Shown here: positions 36,716-50,100 of the stretch, piece after piece
Position numbering within the stretch: the stretch's first letter is position 1
Layout: every line of letters begins with the position of its first letter
NCBI RefSeq assembly: GCF_006345805.1
Contig: NC_043000.1
Location: forward strand, 105,586,001-105,650,000
DNA from: Octopus sinensis
Lineage: Eukaryota
Length of the DNA: 64,000 nucleotides
Reading direction: 5' to 3'
Notes under the pieces: model-generated
What the model was told of the DNA's origin: nothing
What the model saw: only the letters and a program-made list of their open reading frames with translations
Database searches by the model: none
Position numbers and translations under genes: made by a program

Positions 36716-38508
36716 TTAACCCTTCCGTTACTAACCCAGCCATAACCGGCTGAATAGTTTTTGGTTCATTAGATCAACCCGGCCGCTGCCAGTTAAGAGC
36801 ACCCATTGTTATTTAAATGTAAATATGAACCCAAATCTCAATAGTACATTCGTTAAAACACTTGATTTCACTTTGCAAACAGTTGAGTTATTGTATCCAA
36901 CATTGTTTGGCATGATATTTTAACTCTATGAATTTTGGAAGATTTTTTCTACATTTTTTCGGCGTTAATTATTTTCAACTTTGAAAATGGAGAGGAGTTT
37001 CATGCTATCAAGCAGTGATTCCGAATTTGAAGGTTTTTCAACAGATGGAAGATATGGAGATATCAAAGAAAAGAATGAATGGGGTGCAAAAGTACATGGT
37101 GGATGAAAATGAATCGGATATTCCTGTATCCGAAACCAAAAGCAGTGATTCTGAAGAAACTGAAAGCAGTGACATAGACAGCAAGGATGATTTTATACTA
37201 GAATGGAGTAAAAGTTTAAAAAAGGCTTTATTAACAATTTTCCTGAGGAGATGGGATCTTTTTCAGGAAGTGAATTTAGAAGCTGTGGCAATGTATACGT
37301 GTGCTACAGTAGAAAAGGGCTGCTCTGCTGCTGTTGGATATAAAAAAAGCCAAATTAAAAAGAGAGATGAAATAATCCAACGGCAGAAAGAAAATCTGCT
37401 AGTGACTGCATACAGAGATAAGAGGCAGATAAATGTTCTATCTACCAGTGCACAACCATGCGTAGATGAAAATGGCACCCCGTTTGTGAACCTTGATTAT
37501 AACAGGATGGTTTCGTATATAATAAACATGAGCATTGTAAATGCATTTATATTATATACCAAATCAGGAGGGGCTCGCAAGCGGTGTGACCATCTGCAGT
37601 TGAGGGCAGGTTATTCCTCCAAAAATATATCTGCAGGGAGGAAAAGCAAAGCCTGCCAGAGAGATATTCTTCTGAGTTCAGCCAATCTACATAAATTAGA
37701 AAAAAATTGGGGGTCGCAAAAGGGAGTGCAGTGAATGTCTGCATGAACAAAGAAAAACTCCCAGTGGATGGCCAGTTGAAATGTCGTTCCAATGTGCATT
37801 CTGCAAGGTTGCAGAATGCACAAGGTTATGTAGAGTAGGATGTTTTACAACTTTCCATGATAGAAATATTGTGAATATTGTTTGTACATATGTATAATTA
37901 GATTGTAGAAATATTTTTCAAATTTACTTAGTTTAACTTTTTATTTTAATTTACCCATAATTTTAATTAACCTGTAAGGTGACAAGTTTTGATTTAATTT
38001 CTATTGTAAATCTTTATTATATATGTTCCTGCATATTCATGTATGTGTGTGAGTATATTTCATTCAATTGTATTTGATTTTCTAGTTTTCTTCAAAAACA
38101 AACTCCAGTATTTCAGTTTATTTTACCTTTACACCTGTTCTGTGCATTAAATTCAACTGATAATCTAGTGATGTGCACAATTCTTCTATATCAAAATTTT
38201 GTTGCATACCTCAATTAAATATCAGCCAAGGACTCATTTTCCATGGTAATGTTTAAACAAAATTTTTATATTTTGCTCAGTTTACCTGGATTTACCTGTA
38301 ATAATAGTCGCTTTGAGACAAAAATTATGCAATAGAATTGACTAAGAACCCTTTCTTCAATTATGTTCCAAATATCACATTAATATGTTGATAAGTAAAA
38401 AAATTGCAGTTGTTTAATGAAACTAGTCTAAATTCATGATTATGTTAGATTTAATTGAAACTCATGAGGGCTGTATTTTGGTCAAAAATATAGTAACGAA
38501 AGGATTAA
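36716..38508 (+). mobile_element. piggyBac-derived element copy 2 with both TIRs and TTAA target sites
   Basis: Left TTAA-CCCTTCCGTTACTA and right TAGTAACGAAAGGA-TTAA (2 mismatches). The 239-aa ORF is a deletion fusion of an acidic N-terminus with ...DYNRM..NMSIVNAFILY. A Cys-rich C-terminal remnant follows. Confidence 0.9.
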
Positions 38509-38582
38509 ATACATAAAACTCATATGACCCTTGAGAGAAAGTTGTTATGAATATTAGTGAAGAAGAAGAATAGTCAACTAGA

Positions 38583-39660
38583 TAAAGTTGGTGCAAAAAT
38601 AATTGTTGTTTTTGTTAAACTTTGATGCCTTTTTTGGAATACCTATATTTAACCTTTTAGCATTCAGATTTCTCTGTCAAATGTAATGTCTATTTATTCA
38701 CATCAATCTGAATTAATCATGCATTATCTCATAGCTTTGAGATTTCAACAATGTAATTATTTTTAGAATGACATTGTAGAGTAGGTGAGAGAGGTCAGAT
38801 TTATCTGGTTTGAACATAACACAGGTAAAGTATTCTGGCCAGATATGGCTAGTTTAAATACTAAAGGCTTAAGTGTACTCAAAAGTAATATGAATTTTGA
38901 AGTGCAAATTTTGATAAGCTGATTTACACAAATGGTTTTGTTTTCGAATTTATTATTTATTTTAAACTGCTGATCTAAATAAAAAGGGCAAAAAGGCAAA
39001 TTTGAACAATTTTATGATGCTAGTTTAAAATAGACTGCAAAAGCAGTGGAAACTGCTTGCAATATCAATCTAGTATTTTGCCAGTGGATCATCAATGTAA
39101 ATACAGCTCAATATTAGTTCCAAAAATTTCATAGTAGTGTTGAGAGCCTAGATGTTGAGGAAGGATGTCGATAACCTACAACTAATTGAGATTATTAAAG
39201 CAGACCCATGCAAAACAACTCAAGAATACTGATTATTGAACAGTTGTTCAACATTAGAAAATGAGTGCCACAAAATTAAAAGATGAGAGAGTGGATTGCC
39301 ATTACAATGTATTGCACTTGTTTATGTGCAACAAAAATAATCCATTTTTAGACTATTTCGTGACATGTGATGTAAAATGGATTCTATATGATAACCAACA
39401 ATGTTCTGTGCATTGACTGTACCAAGGTGAAACAGCAAAACATGATCCCCAAACCAAACTTATATCAAAAGAAGGTTATGGTTACTGCTTGGTGTTCAGC
39501 AAATGGAATCATTGAATCCTAGCAAAGGCACCACAGCAGAGAAATATTGCTAAGACATTGGTAAAATACACTTAAAACTGCAATCTCACTAACCAACTAC
39601 CACTTTTTCAAGCATCTTGACAACTTCCTAAAAAGAGTCTTCAACAACCAAGTAGCATAT
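38583..39660 (+). mobile_element. Mariner (Hsmar1/SETMAR-like) transposon remnant interrupted by a MITE
   Basis: TIR-like TA-AAGTTGGTGCAAAAATAATTG. Motifs VTCDVKWILYDN, PKPNLYQKKVMVTAW and NYHFFKHLDNFL. Confidence 0.85.
38649..38872. mobile_element. piggyBac-type MITE copy 2, inserted into the mariner
   Basis: TTAA-CCTTTTAGCATT...AATACTAAAGGC-TTAA, homologous to 14887-15109. Confidence 0.85.
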
Positions 39661-39664
39661 AAAA

Positions 39665-41205
39665 CATTGCACAAACAAAGGAAATACCTATCTGTTAATG
39701 AAGATATGGTGGGATATAAATGGTGAGTACATTCCAACATACATGCCTAGAAAACCCATAAAATAGAGGATCGAAGTTTGGAAGATTTATAAAGCCAATA
39801 CTGGGTACTGCTATGAGTTCAATTTTTATAAAGAGGAAAGGGGACAATGATGTAAGCCAGCGTGGCCTAGGAAACAATGTGGTCTGAATTTTCTCACTCC
39901 CACATTATAACCAGGGCCGTATATTATTTCTTCAGATCAGTCAAACTTGCAGTGGATTTAGAAGCTATGGCAACATAAACATGTGCTACAGTAGTTGCAA
40001 GTAGGGAAGGGATGTCATTGGATATAAAAAAGCAAAATTTAAAAAAAAAAAAGTGAAATAATCCAACAGCAGAACGGAAATTTGCTAGCAACTACACAGT
40101 GATAAAAGGCACATCAATTTTCTATCTACCTGTACACAACCAAGTGAATGAAAATGGCATCCCATTTGTGAACCTCGATTTAACAAGAACATGGGTGGTT
40201 TAGATCAGCACAATCAAATGATGAACCAGTATCCAATCTACCAACTGGGTAATAAATGGTGGAGATATAGGGTTTGGTATATAGTAAATATGAGTATTGT
40301 TAATGCATTTATACTATATACCAAATCAGGAGAGCTCGAAAGTAATGCAATTCCAAGCACATGTAACAACACAGTTGAGGGCTGATTTTGCAGCCAAAAT
40401 AATAACTACCGGGAGAAAAACTAAAACCTACAAGAGGGATATCCCTCCGAATTCAATCAATCTCCATAAATTACAGAAAAATCGAGGATCACAAAAGGTA
40501 GAGCTGCAAATGTCTTCAAGGAATGCTCGAAGTGGACAAGCAGTTAAAACAACTTTCCTGTATGCATTCTGCAAGGTTGCATTATGTAGAGTGATGTGCT
40601 TTACAAGTTTCCATGATAAAAAGAGAGAGAGAGTGTGTGTGTGTGCATATGCACATACTTGATTATATATATTTTTTTAACTACTCGTAATTTTAATTTA
40701 CTTGCAAGGTGGGTGACAAATTTTGATCAATCTGTATTGTGAACATTGTTATGTTTCTGTGTATTTACCTATGTGTGTGACCTTATTTCATTTAGTTACT
40801 GGTAAGTGTATTTTCTAGTTTGCTTTAAAGATAAACTCCAGTATTTCATTCTATTTTTTCCCTTTATTACTACCCATGTCTTATATGTATTTAAGTTCAA
40901 CTGACAATACAGTAATGTGCATAACTTTTCTATATTAAAATTTTGTTGCATACTCAACTGAACATTAGCTAATAACTCAATTTCTATGGTGATGTTTAAA
41001 CAAAATGGAAATAATTTTATATTTAGTTAAATTTACTTGTAATCTGAATTGCTTTGAGACAAAAATTGTGCAACAGATTCAAAAACCTTTCGTTAAAATA
41101 TGTTCCAAAAATCACAATAAGTCAATATGTAAAAAAAAAAGTTGAGTAGTTCATGAAACCAGTCTAAATTTACAATTATATTAATATTTAATTGAAATAC
41201 ATAAG
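39665..41205 (+). mobile_element. piggyBac-derived element copy 3 (catalytic domain to near the right end), decayed
   Basis: LSVNEDMVGYK, YMPRKPIK*RIEVWK..ANTGYC, MGGLDQHNQMMNQY...KWWRY..YIVNMSIVNAFILY and CKVALCRVMCFTSFH. The 3' non-coding part parallels 37900-38470. Confidence 0.85.
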
Positions 41206-41207
41206 GG

Positions 41208-41480
41208 GTAATAAGAATAGCCTGGGCAAAGTTCAGAGAGCTCCTAACTCTGCTGGTGTCAAAGGACCTCTTGCTCAGAGTAAAAGGTAGACTGTATGAC
41301 ACGTGTGCGAACAGCCATGCAGTGAACAACCAGTGAAACACGGGCCATGACTACTGAGGACGTGCATAAGCTTGCAAGGAATGAAGTTAGTATGCTCTGT
41401 TGGATGTGTAATGCCAGTGAACATACATGACAGAATGTAAGCGCCCTGAGAGCTATGTTGGACATGAGAAGCTCTTGTGC
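41208..41480 (+). mobile_element. RTE LINE fragment truncating piggyBac copy 3
   Basis: IRIAWAKFRELLTLL..KDLLLRVKGRLYDTC parallels the copies at 53930 and 61000. Confidence 0.85.
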
Positions 41481-41931
41481 ACAAAAAAATTTCAAGGGGA
41501 TCAGATCCCCAAGAAGTTTCAAAATTGAAGAATTTTATTCATCATTTTACCAACACATTACAAATTTCTAACAACATATCTGAATGACAAGAGAAAATAA
41601 CCCATTAGCAATACAAGCACACAAGCATACATTGAGTACTAACACAAAGACATTATTCATAAAATGAGCACATAAATACAAACACAAGTGCACACATATC
41701 TGAACACACAGATGTCAATCCTAGTCATGCAAGTGCATGCATGCACACACACAAAACTTAGACAATGAGAACAGAGATACACAAGTATAAACAAATATAC
41801 ATAGTAATAAATGCTGTACACAGATTTACACATTATATACAAAACAATTGTTTGTTTCAACAGGAAGGTTAATGACTTCATTTATGAATGAAATTTTTTT
41901 TGTTTTTTAGATGAGTCTCTCTTTATACATA

Positions 41932-42500
41932 TCATCATCACCATCATCATCGTTTAACATCCACTTTCCATGCTGACATGGGTTGCACGGTTTGACTGAG
42001 GGCAAGCAAAAGGGCTGCACAAGGCTCCAGTCTGATCCGGTAAGGTTTCTACAGCTGAATGCCCTTCCAAATGCCAACCACTCCGAGAGTGTAGTGGGTG
42101 CTTTTTACATGCCACCGGCACGAGGTACAGTCAGACAGACAGTACTGGCATCAACCACGCTTGAATGGTGCTTTTTACATACCACCAGCACGGGTAGCCA
42201 GTCAGGGGGCACTAGCAATGACCACGCTCAAATGGTCCTTTTTTTACATGCCACTGACACGGGACCAGTCAGCTGACACTGGGATCAACCACGTTCGAAT
42301 GGTGCTTTTCACATTCCATTGGCACGAGTGCAAATCAGGTAGTACTGTCATCGGCCACAACAATGACTTCACTTGACTCGACAGGTCTTTGCAAGTACAG
42401 TTTATTGCCCAATGGTTGAAGGATACTTTTAATGTGCTGGTTATGCTGCACTGGCATAGGCCATGGTTATGGTCTCACTTGGCTTGCTGGGTCTTCTCAA
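41932..42500 (-). mobile_element. RTE LINE 3' UTR and (GAT)n tail, opposite orientation
   Basis: catcatcatcgtttaacatccactttccatgc is the reverse complement of the tails at 54900-54956 and 61800-61860. Contains four units of 67-70 bp. Confidence 0.8.
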
Positions 42501-42784
42501 CAAATTTCCTCTAGATTCATACAAATTTTAAACTAGATTAATAGCATTTCAACAAAATCTCTAATTTCTAACAGAACTAAGAGGTTTATAAAGAGAAAGC
42601 AGTACAGTACTTTAAAAAATTAGACATGGTGACCAAGCAAGATATGTTCCCAAAATTTCAACAAAAGAAACAAAAATATTTAAACAAAGATAAAAGACGA
42701 TTCCACAAGCAAATATACCACAATGCCTACAAATAGCATTAACCAAAATTATAATAAAGGTAACAATTCTTTTACTATTATTAG

Positions 42785-43000
42785 TTTCAAATTTTGGCAC
42801 AAGACCAAGAAGTTTGGGGAAGGAAGTATATAAGTTGATTACATCAACCCCAGTGCTCAACTGGTACTTATTTTATCAACTCTGAAAGAATGAATAGCAA
42901 AGTTGACCTTGGCAGAATTTGAACTCAGAATGTAAAGATGGACGAAATGCCATTAAGCATTCTGCTCAGTATGCTAGTAATTCTGCCAGCTAGTCACTAG
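42785..43000 (-). mobile_element. tRNA-derived SINE (second family)
   Basis: Reverse complement of the 57818-58030 element: ggcacaagacc...ggtacttattttatc...gttgaccttggcagaatttgaactcagaatg...ttctgccagct. Confidence 0.75.
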
Positions 43001-44149
43001 ACAAAGAGAAGCACTAAATATTAGCCAGAAGATAAAACATGTCAGCAGCTGGATGCTAAAGCAAGACTTCTTGACCAAGGAGATTTATCAAAAGACAGAT
43101 CAGGATAAAGATAAGTTATCTCTACTTCAAAAATGAAGGAGGTTTTCAATTGACCTTGAAATTGAAATATAGTTTCCATTAACTGGGTAAGTATGAGTGT
43201 ACCTGATCTTCATGACCAAGGAAGTGGCATGACAAGCCAAGTTGGTGCATCCCCCCTTACACATAGTCCTAGCCACAAACATATTCCACAATAAATGGGA
43301 GGGACATTCAGTGATGTTGACCTTTGCCTCTCATTGTCTTTGTGGTCAAATACAGGCAAGTAATGAAATATGGTATCTGGTTGGGAGAAGTCTGTATGAA
43401 CACATAAGTCCTAATGACCAACAAGAGACATTTTCCCCAGCCACATCCATAGTCCCACCTTATCTTTTTACAAAAATTAGGGCATAGAGAGTAAACACAT
43501 GGAAAATTTGGAGACAACACACAAAGTAAATAAACAAAAATAAGTAGAATATAGCAAAATCTTTCCCACCTCTAAATAACATAACCATCACAGTTGTATG
43601 AAACAATGATAAAAACTAGTGGAAGGTTTTGAGAAAACAAATTGGAGAAATGGAAATCAGCTGAAAGAGTTCAAAAGACGCTCGCTCGAATGAAAGGCTA
43701 TTAGTAAAAACCACACCAACAACTTATCATAACCTGAAAAATATCAGGTCAGATGGGATGCTACTTTGATTTATGAAAACATTTCAGTTTTATCAACCTG
43801 AAAAATTTCAATATTAAGTTAAGAAGGACACAGATTTTTTAAACTCATAACCCTATTGACTATCTAGTACTTTTTAAACTCACACCTACTAAACATATTA
43901 AGATAGATAAAAAATATTCAGTATGCCAGTAGCTTGTAGCAGTCAGTGACACATCAGAAAATATAAAAGAAGGTTCTCCTGAATAATTTACTACAAGAAG
44001 GAAACTTAATATATAACATAGCAACAAATGTTTATTGTAGTTAAAATTCAACCTTGTTGGGATTTGAACTTGGAACATAGAGAAATAAAACAAAATAGTG
44101 TAAAGCATAATTAGTCTGGTTATTCTACCTTGTCATGCCACCAAATAAG

Positions 44150-44500
44150 ACTTTCTGATATTGGCACAAGGCTGCAAACTTGTACAGAATGGATACAGCT
44201 GACTGAATTAATGCCCCAGCTATTGTGGTACTTATTTTATCAACCCAAAAGGATGAAAGGCATCAACCATGGCAGCATTTGAAGACAGGATGTAACTAAA
44301 AAGTATAAAATGTTTTTATGTAGCATTGTACCATTTCTGCTACTCCACAGCTCAACTACTTTTACTGATGGTTTCTGACAAACACAAGGAAACATTTTGG
44401 AAAACAACACAGTAAATCACAATTACTATTTTATCAATCCCAGAAAGATAAAGGATAAAGTCAACCATGGCAGAATTTGAACTCAGAACATAATATAAGC
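44150..44500 (-). mobile_element. Two further degenerate fragments of the second SINE family
   Basis: ggtacttattttatcaaccc...ggatgaaaggc and tttatcaatccc...agtcaaccatggcagaatttgaactcagaac. Confidence 0.55.
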
Positions 44501-46973
44501 CATTTGTCCAGTACTTCACTGACATTTTACAAATAATAACAAAAGATTTCTATCTCCTGATATATGTATAATGTTAAGTGTGGTTCTATAGTAGAACCAT
44601 AGTAGAACCACAGTAAAAGTAGAAGAATTTTGCTAACTAAAAAAGAACAAGCTGAGTAATCTATTAGATGTGTATCATGAGTATGATAGATGAGGTGGAA
44701 TAGGTGAATGATTATGAGAGAGAGAGGGGAAAGAGAAACAGTAAAAGAGATAATAGTAGTGAGTGCTGTGTGGCACCCAATAAGCTTTGTTAAAATAGAT
44801 ATATATTGCAGGGGTAGACAGTAGAAAATTCATTTCATCAAAACTAAATCTCACCTATATAATGAAGAAAACATGCTCTGAATTTTAGGTCTTTTAAACT
44901 AAAACCTGTTGTTACACTGAGGAGCCACTTATAAGAAAACAAAGGTGAAATAGGATGATGTGAGAGTCTAAATACTGAATAAGGAAATCTGAATTGCCAA
45001 AGGTAGGCATCAGAGTGGAAATTATTAATAAACTGAAATACATGTGGAGTAAAATAGCAAAACAAACCTGGGGGAGACAGACTAATACAATCAACTAAGG
45101 ACAGAAATAAGCTAGTTAAAAGCAATATTGCACACTTATTTAGAAATTGGAATGATTGCTTACATGCAATTTCATTATGATTTTCACATTGCCACAGTAT
45201 TATCAAGTCACGATAGCTCGGAAACATTTATTCTACTCTGAAAAAAATAAAGAAAAATCAGTTATTTTACCAAATGACTCTCTTTATGACACATATACAG
45301 TAATTCAATGTACACACAGATATACATGAAGTTTAATATTGAGTATCACCAATTAAATTACAAATCAGCATGTAAAATAACATAATTTTGAAGGACAGAA
45401 CATATCTTAAAGTAAGAATTACAATCTGGTTTCAATTTTGATACGTGATCACTTCATTTATGCTGCACTCCTCAAAAAGACATGACTATCACAACTCCCA
45501 TTTCCCTCTCACATGAATAAGTAAGAAATAAATAATGAAGAGCATCTGAGTGTGTCGTTTGTGTCTGATAAATTTAATTCTGAATCTTATAAGGGACTTT
45601 ATTTCATACTCAAGTCAAATAACTACCAATCAAGAAAAATTGAATATCTCCACCAGTGATGATGATAAATCTGATTCACCAATTCCACATACTTACTGAA
45701 ACCTCCATACTAACAAAATAACTTACTAACCTTAAAAAAAAATTCTTTTTTTTTCTTTTTCTTTTTTTAAATATCATTTCATGCCTTGCCATCCACAAAA
45801 TTCAAACCATGAAAATCCCTTTGTGGTTTTATTTACTAAATTTTCTATTTAGACCAATTATAAATTACTGGAGTTTTAAGCTGTAGTACCCAATACCCTA
45901 ACCAAGTTACACACCTTCACAAATTATAAAGAAAATATTTAATACAAGGAAAATACTTTTGTCTATAAAAACCATTTTGTAAAATTTGAATACTGTATGG
46001 AGAGTTTTAACATTCTTTAAAGAAACAATCTACTTAAAGGATGAAACTGGTGGACAAAGTTATGAAAGTGACAGAGTTCAAGCAGAAAAATTCAGATGCA
46101 GTTTGGTCTTATGAGAGGATAACACTGAGGCCCTTTCCTTAGTGAGACAATTTCTTAGCTAAGAATAAGCCACTATATCTAGAAATGGAGTAAGTAGGAA
46201 TTAAATACTGTAAATCAAATATTAAATATATGAGCACACAAGAAGTGCACTGGGGTCAGGGAAGAAAATTAAGACTGTCTGTAGCAGATGCACATGAGCA
46301 GTTAAGAGCAGTAAGAGAACCCATGAAATAAATTAAAATAGTTGAAAAGCCTAATTAACAGTAGAAGTTAGTGTTTCAAAAGCAGAGCATCAAGTGTGAG
46401 AATGAGTGCAAAAAGTTTGAGGAAATAGAACTTCTGCTAGCAACAAAATATACTCTTTACAAGTGAAAGATAGATTGTATGACATTTGTGTTTGAAGTAT
46501 AATGCATGGCAGCAAAATATAGGCAGTGAATGCAGAGGATATGTGAAAGTTTGAAAGAAATGAGGCAAACATTCTCCTTAGACATAGAGTGTGCAAGAAC
46601 AACAGAGTACTAATAATCTGAGAAAAAATTAAATATATGAGAAGTCAAAAGTAGTAAGCAAAATAAATTACATTAGTATGAGCATGTGATGTATATGAGG
46701 AAGACAGCTGGGTTAAAAAAAACATGCTAAGAGATCTAAATAGAAGGAACCACAGAAGAGGACCACCAAAGGAATGATGACGGCGACTCTGAAAAGACTA
46801 AACCTCATGTTGGAGATGACCATGACAGGTGACAAGATGTGCTGGAGAAGATCCATCCAACCCATGCAAATATAGAAAAAACAAGCTTAAAAGTGATGAA
46901 TGTGTTAATTATTGATTTTAAATAAGCGAAATTTAATGACTTCGAAGATTATGAATTTATATTTCTACATAAA

Positions 46974-47871
46974 TACGAAGGGGTACCCAAAAGTAACCAG
47001 AAACATTCTGTGGGACAATTGTGTTGTAATTCAGACCTCCACCACTAGAAGCCACTTGATGTGACCCTCAGGCACCAGCCTGCCAACTGGTGGCATCAAA
47101 TGAGGTCATACTACCACATGATGCATCTTTGTTTTGCACTGCTTCTCTCGTGTTCATCAATTTTTGCAACAGCTGAAACAAAGCAACAGCATGCTTTTGG
47201 GGAATCCAGTTTTTTACTGTAGAAAACAGTGGCCACAACAGTTGTCATGCTTCAAACAGCTTACAAGGATGCTGCCATGAGCAAAAAACAAGTTTACAAG
47301 TGGTTTTCACACTTTAGGAATGGTCACTTGTCGCTTGAAAACCAATCAACTGTTGACCTCCTGAACGAAGGAAAACATCATGAAAATTCATGAACTGTGC
47401 TTGGAGCACTGTCACCAAACAATTGACAAACTTGTTGATAGGATTGGTGTGTCCTGGAGTTCCTGCCAACAAATTTTGAGTGAGAAATTGCGAATGAAAA
47501 GAGTAGCAGTAAAATCTGTGCCTCGCTTGCTCACAGAAGACCAAAAGCAGTCATAACTGAATACATGTTGTGAATTGAAAGAACAGTTGGAAGTTGATCT
47601 GGACCATTTTACAAAGGTCATCACTGGTAATGAAAGCTGATGCTACAGAATTTGCAGATGTGGAAGAGGTGAAGAAAAAAACGACAGAGGCATTAAAAGG
47701 CATCACTTCACAAGAATTCCAGCACTGCTTCGAACAGTGGAAAATGTGCCTGGAACAATGCACTGCTTCAAATAGAAAATACTTTGAAGGCAATTAAAAA
47801 TGTAAACATGTAAAACTAAATGAATAAAATAATATTGCAAAATTCCAGTTTCTTTTGGGTACCCCCGTGTA
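46974..47871 (+). mobile_element. Mariner transposon, internally deleted, with both TIRs
   Basis: TA-CGAAGGGGTACCCAAAAGTAACCAGAA and TTCCAGTTTCTTTTGGGTACCCCCGTG-TA. Motifs VPRLLTEDQK, KVITGNES*CY and FEQWKMCLEQC...KYFEGN. Confidence 0.9.
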
Positions 47872-48369
47872 TATAAGGTGGTGAGGTATAAGAGTTTATT
47901 AAGGTGTTGGATAGAATACTTAGCAGTATTCATTCCAAGTTCAAATCTCACTGAGGTCAGTTTTGCCTTCATCTTTTATAAAATATTAGTCAAGCACTGG
48001 AAATCCAAGATTATAATTACTGATTCTAAATACGCAAAATTTAATTTTGAAGGTTATGAATATATATTTTTACAACAATTAAAAGGAATAGGTAGTAACA
48101 ATTAAGGTTTTTTTCTATAACTATTACTATTAACCAAAGTGTGGCAAAAGCCATAGAATAAGATATGGTCCCTAGAATGGTGGCTATCTAGGTTAATTTC
48201 CAGACTAAACCCAATTCACTTCCCAAATTCAACTATACCCTTAAAAAAGGCATAGATGTTTGTCAAACAATTTCATTACTTGGCTTTATCAATTTATTTC
48301 TTGTACCTAAGAAACAAAGCTGCATTACCACTTTTTTGATTATATGGTTAACCAGATATGTTTTATTTA

Positions 48370-48745
48370 TTACAAGCAAAACGCCAACCCCCCCTCCAAT
48401 GGACAATGCTGAGTTGTCAAACATTTAAACCAAATTTTCTCAAAACAACTTGTCTGACCGTCCCATAGGTCTCCCCTTTGAGAGACACTGATTTAACCTA
48501 AATTTGAGACACCGTGCATTTTTCCCACGTACGTGTAGTATCGATCGCAACAGCTGATGTTACTTGTGTGTACAAATGCACGTTCGCATTCTCACCTGGA
48601 ATCAATTTTTGTAATTTTTTCAAGACTTATATACCATCGGTATCTACATATCAAATTTGAGCGCAATCGGATGGAGGATGTCCGAGATCCTAGAAGACGC
48701 ACACACACACACACACAGACAGAGCGGATTTTATATAATAGATTA
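48370..48745 (+). mobile_element. CpG-rich non-autonomous Helitron/HINE-like element
   Basis: Ends caaatttgagcgcaatcggatg...gtccgaga...(CA)n-gacagagcggattttatataatagattag, resembling the ends of such elements. CpG-rich relative to its flanks. Confidence 0.45.
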
Positions 48746-49438
48746 GTTATCTAAGAAAAAAGTGGAGCCCTGCAATATATTTTTAGTTTTCCTTAGGTTC
48801 AGAAATTTAAAAAGAACATTCATCAGAATGCACAAAGTATTCTAGCTATAGTATAGAAAATGACTGATAAAAATGAGAAATTTTCATATTTGGAAAATAC
48901 ATATATGCTTATTAGAAAACCCAACAAGCCAATGAGAAGACTTCTACACATTTGCTCAAACTACTCAATTCAATATGCAAATTTCACTCAAAAAATATCC
49001 AACCATTTATAAAATGGAAACCGCACACTTTCAGATCTAAATTATAGAATCTACCTCACAGCATATGGATGGGGTAACAATGGCCAGAAAAGTTAGTTAG
49101 TTGGACAAATGGGCTTTACTATAATTTGGGGTTGACCAATGTCTTGTGCATGAAATTTGGTCAGCAAAAACTCTGTAGGAGTCATCAGACACTGTAATTT
49201 GGTAGTTGACTTAATCCATTGCTGGCAGTGCCTATTCTGCTGCAAACATGAGTCTTCAGTCTGAAGTCCCAGAAAAGGCTTTTTCTTCTAAATCATTAAA
49301 TTAAAAAAAGAGAAAAAAACTATAGTTTATAATTCAATCTGATTTCTGGCATAAACATAAAGCCTTAAGTCCACAAATTAGTGTGGAACAGAAAATAATG
49401 ACAATCATGTCTTTTGTGAGAAATTCAGTTGTATATAT

Positions 49439-49657
49439 CAGTGCTTTTCAAACTTTTTGATGGAGCGGAACCCCAAGGAAACATTCCACTGGCTCGGGGA
49501 ACCCCTGTGCAATAATTTAATAGTCTTATGCACACATATCTGCACAGGAGAATTAAAAATTACTGCCAATTTTAGCAGTTTTGTAACTTCTTGCGGAACC
49601 CCTAGACTGTACTGGTGTAACCCTAAGGTTCCGCGGAACCCTGGTTGAAAACCACTG
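49439..49657. mobile_element. hAT-type MITE (219 bp)
   Basis: TIRs CAGTGCTTTTCAAAC / GTTGAAAACCACTG, flanked by an exact 8-bp target site duplication GTATATAT (49431-49438 and 49658-49665). Confidence 0.9.
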
Positions 49658-49964
49658 GTATATATCATCTTCATTACTGAAGAAATTTCAGCATGGGAAG
49701 ATCTTTCTTAAATATTGAATATGCAACACAAGTTTATTCCATAGCAACAAACAAAAATAAATATTCATCCTTCAATCAATCTCAATCTGGCACTCCATCA
49801 GTTATAACAATGAGTGTTCCAGTTGAACCCATTAACAGAACAGCCTGATCATGAAATTAACATGCAAATGACTGAGCATGCTACAGGTACATGTACTCTT
49901 AAGATAGTTCTCAAGGAGATTCAGCATGACACAGAATGTGACAGAACTAGCCTTTTGAATTACA

Positions 49965-50100
49965 GGTACACTTTTGCCAGCTGAGTGGACTGGAGCAACA
50001 TCAAATAAGGTATCTTGCCCATGGACACAATATGCCACTGAATATTGAACTTATGACCTTACAACTAAGAGACAAATACCCTAACCACTAAGCCACACAC
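49965..50100 (-). mobile_element. tRNA-derived SINE (third type)
   Basis: The reverse complement is ggtgtgtggcttagtggttaggg (A box)...aagttcaat (degenerate B box)...tgtgtccatgggcaagatacctt...ctccagtccactcagctggc. Confidence 0.7.

Noticed and set aside
37015-37734. 239-aa ORF as a functional or domesticated piggyBac transposase
   Set aside because: It has a non-ATG start, and internal deletions remove the first two catalytic motifs and the GGVD region. It is a deletion-fusion remnant.
42097-42330. CRISPR-like appearance of regularly spaced repeats
   Set aside because: The spacers are similar to each other, the array is part of a LINE 3' UTR, there are no cas genes, and the DNA is eukaryotic.
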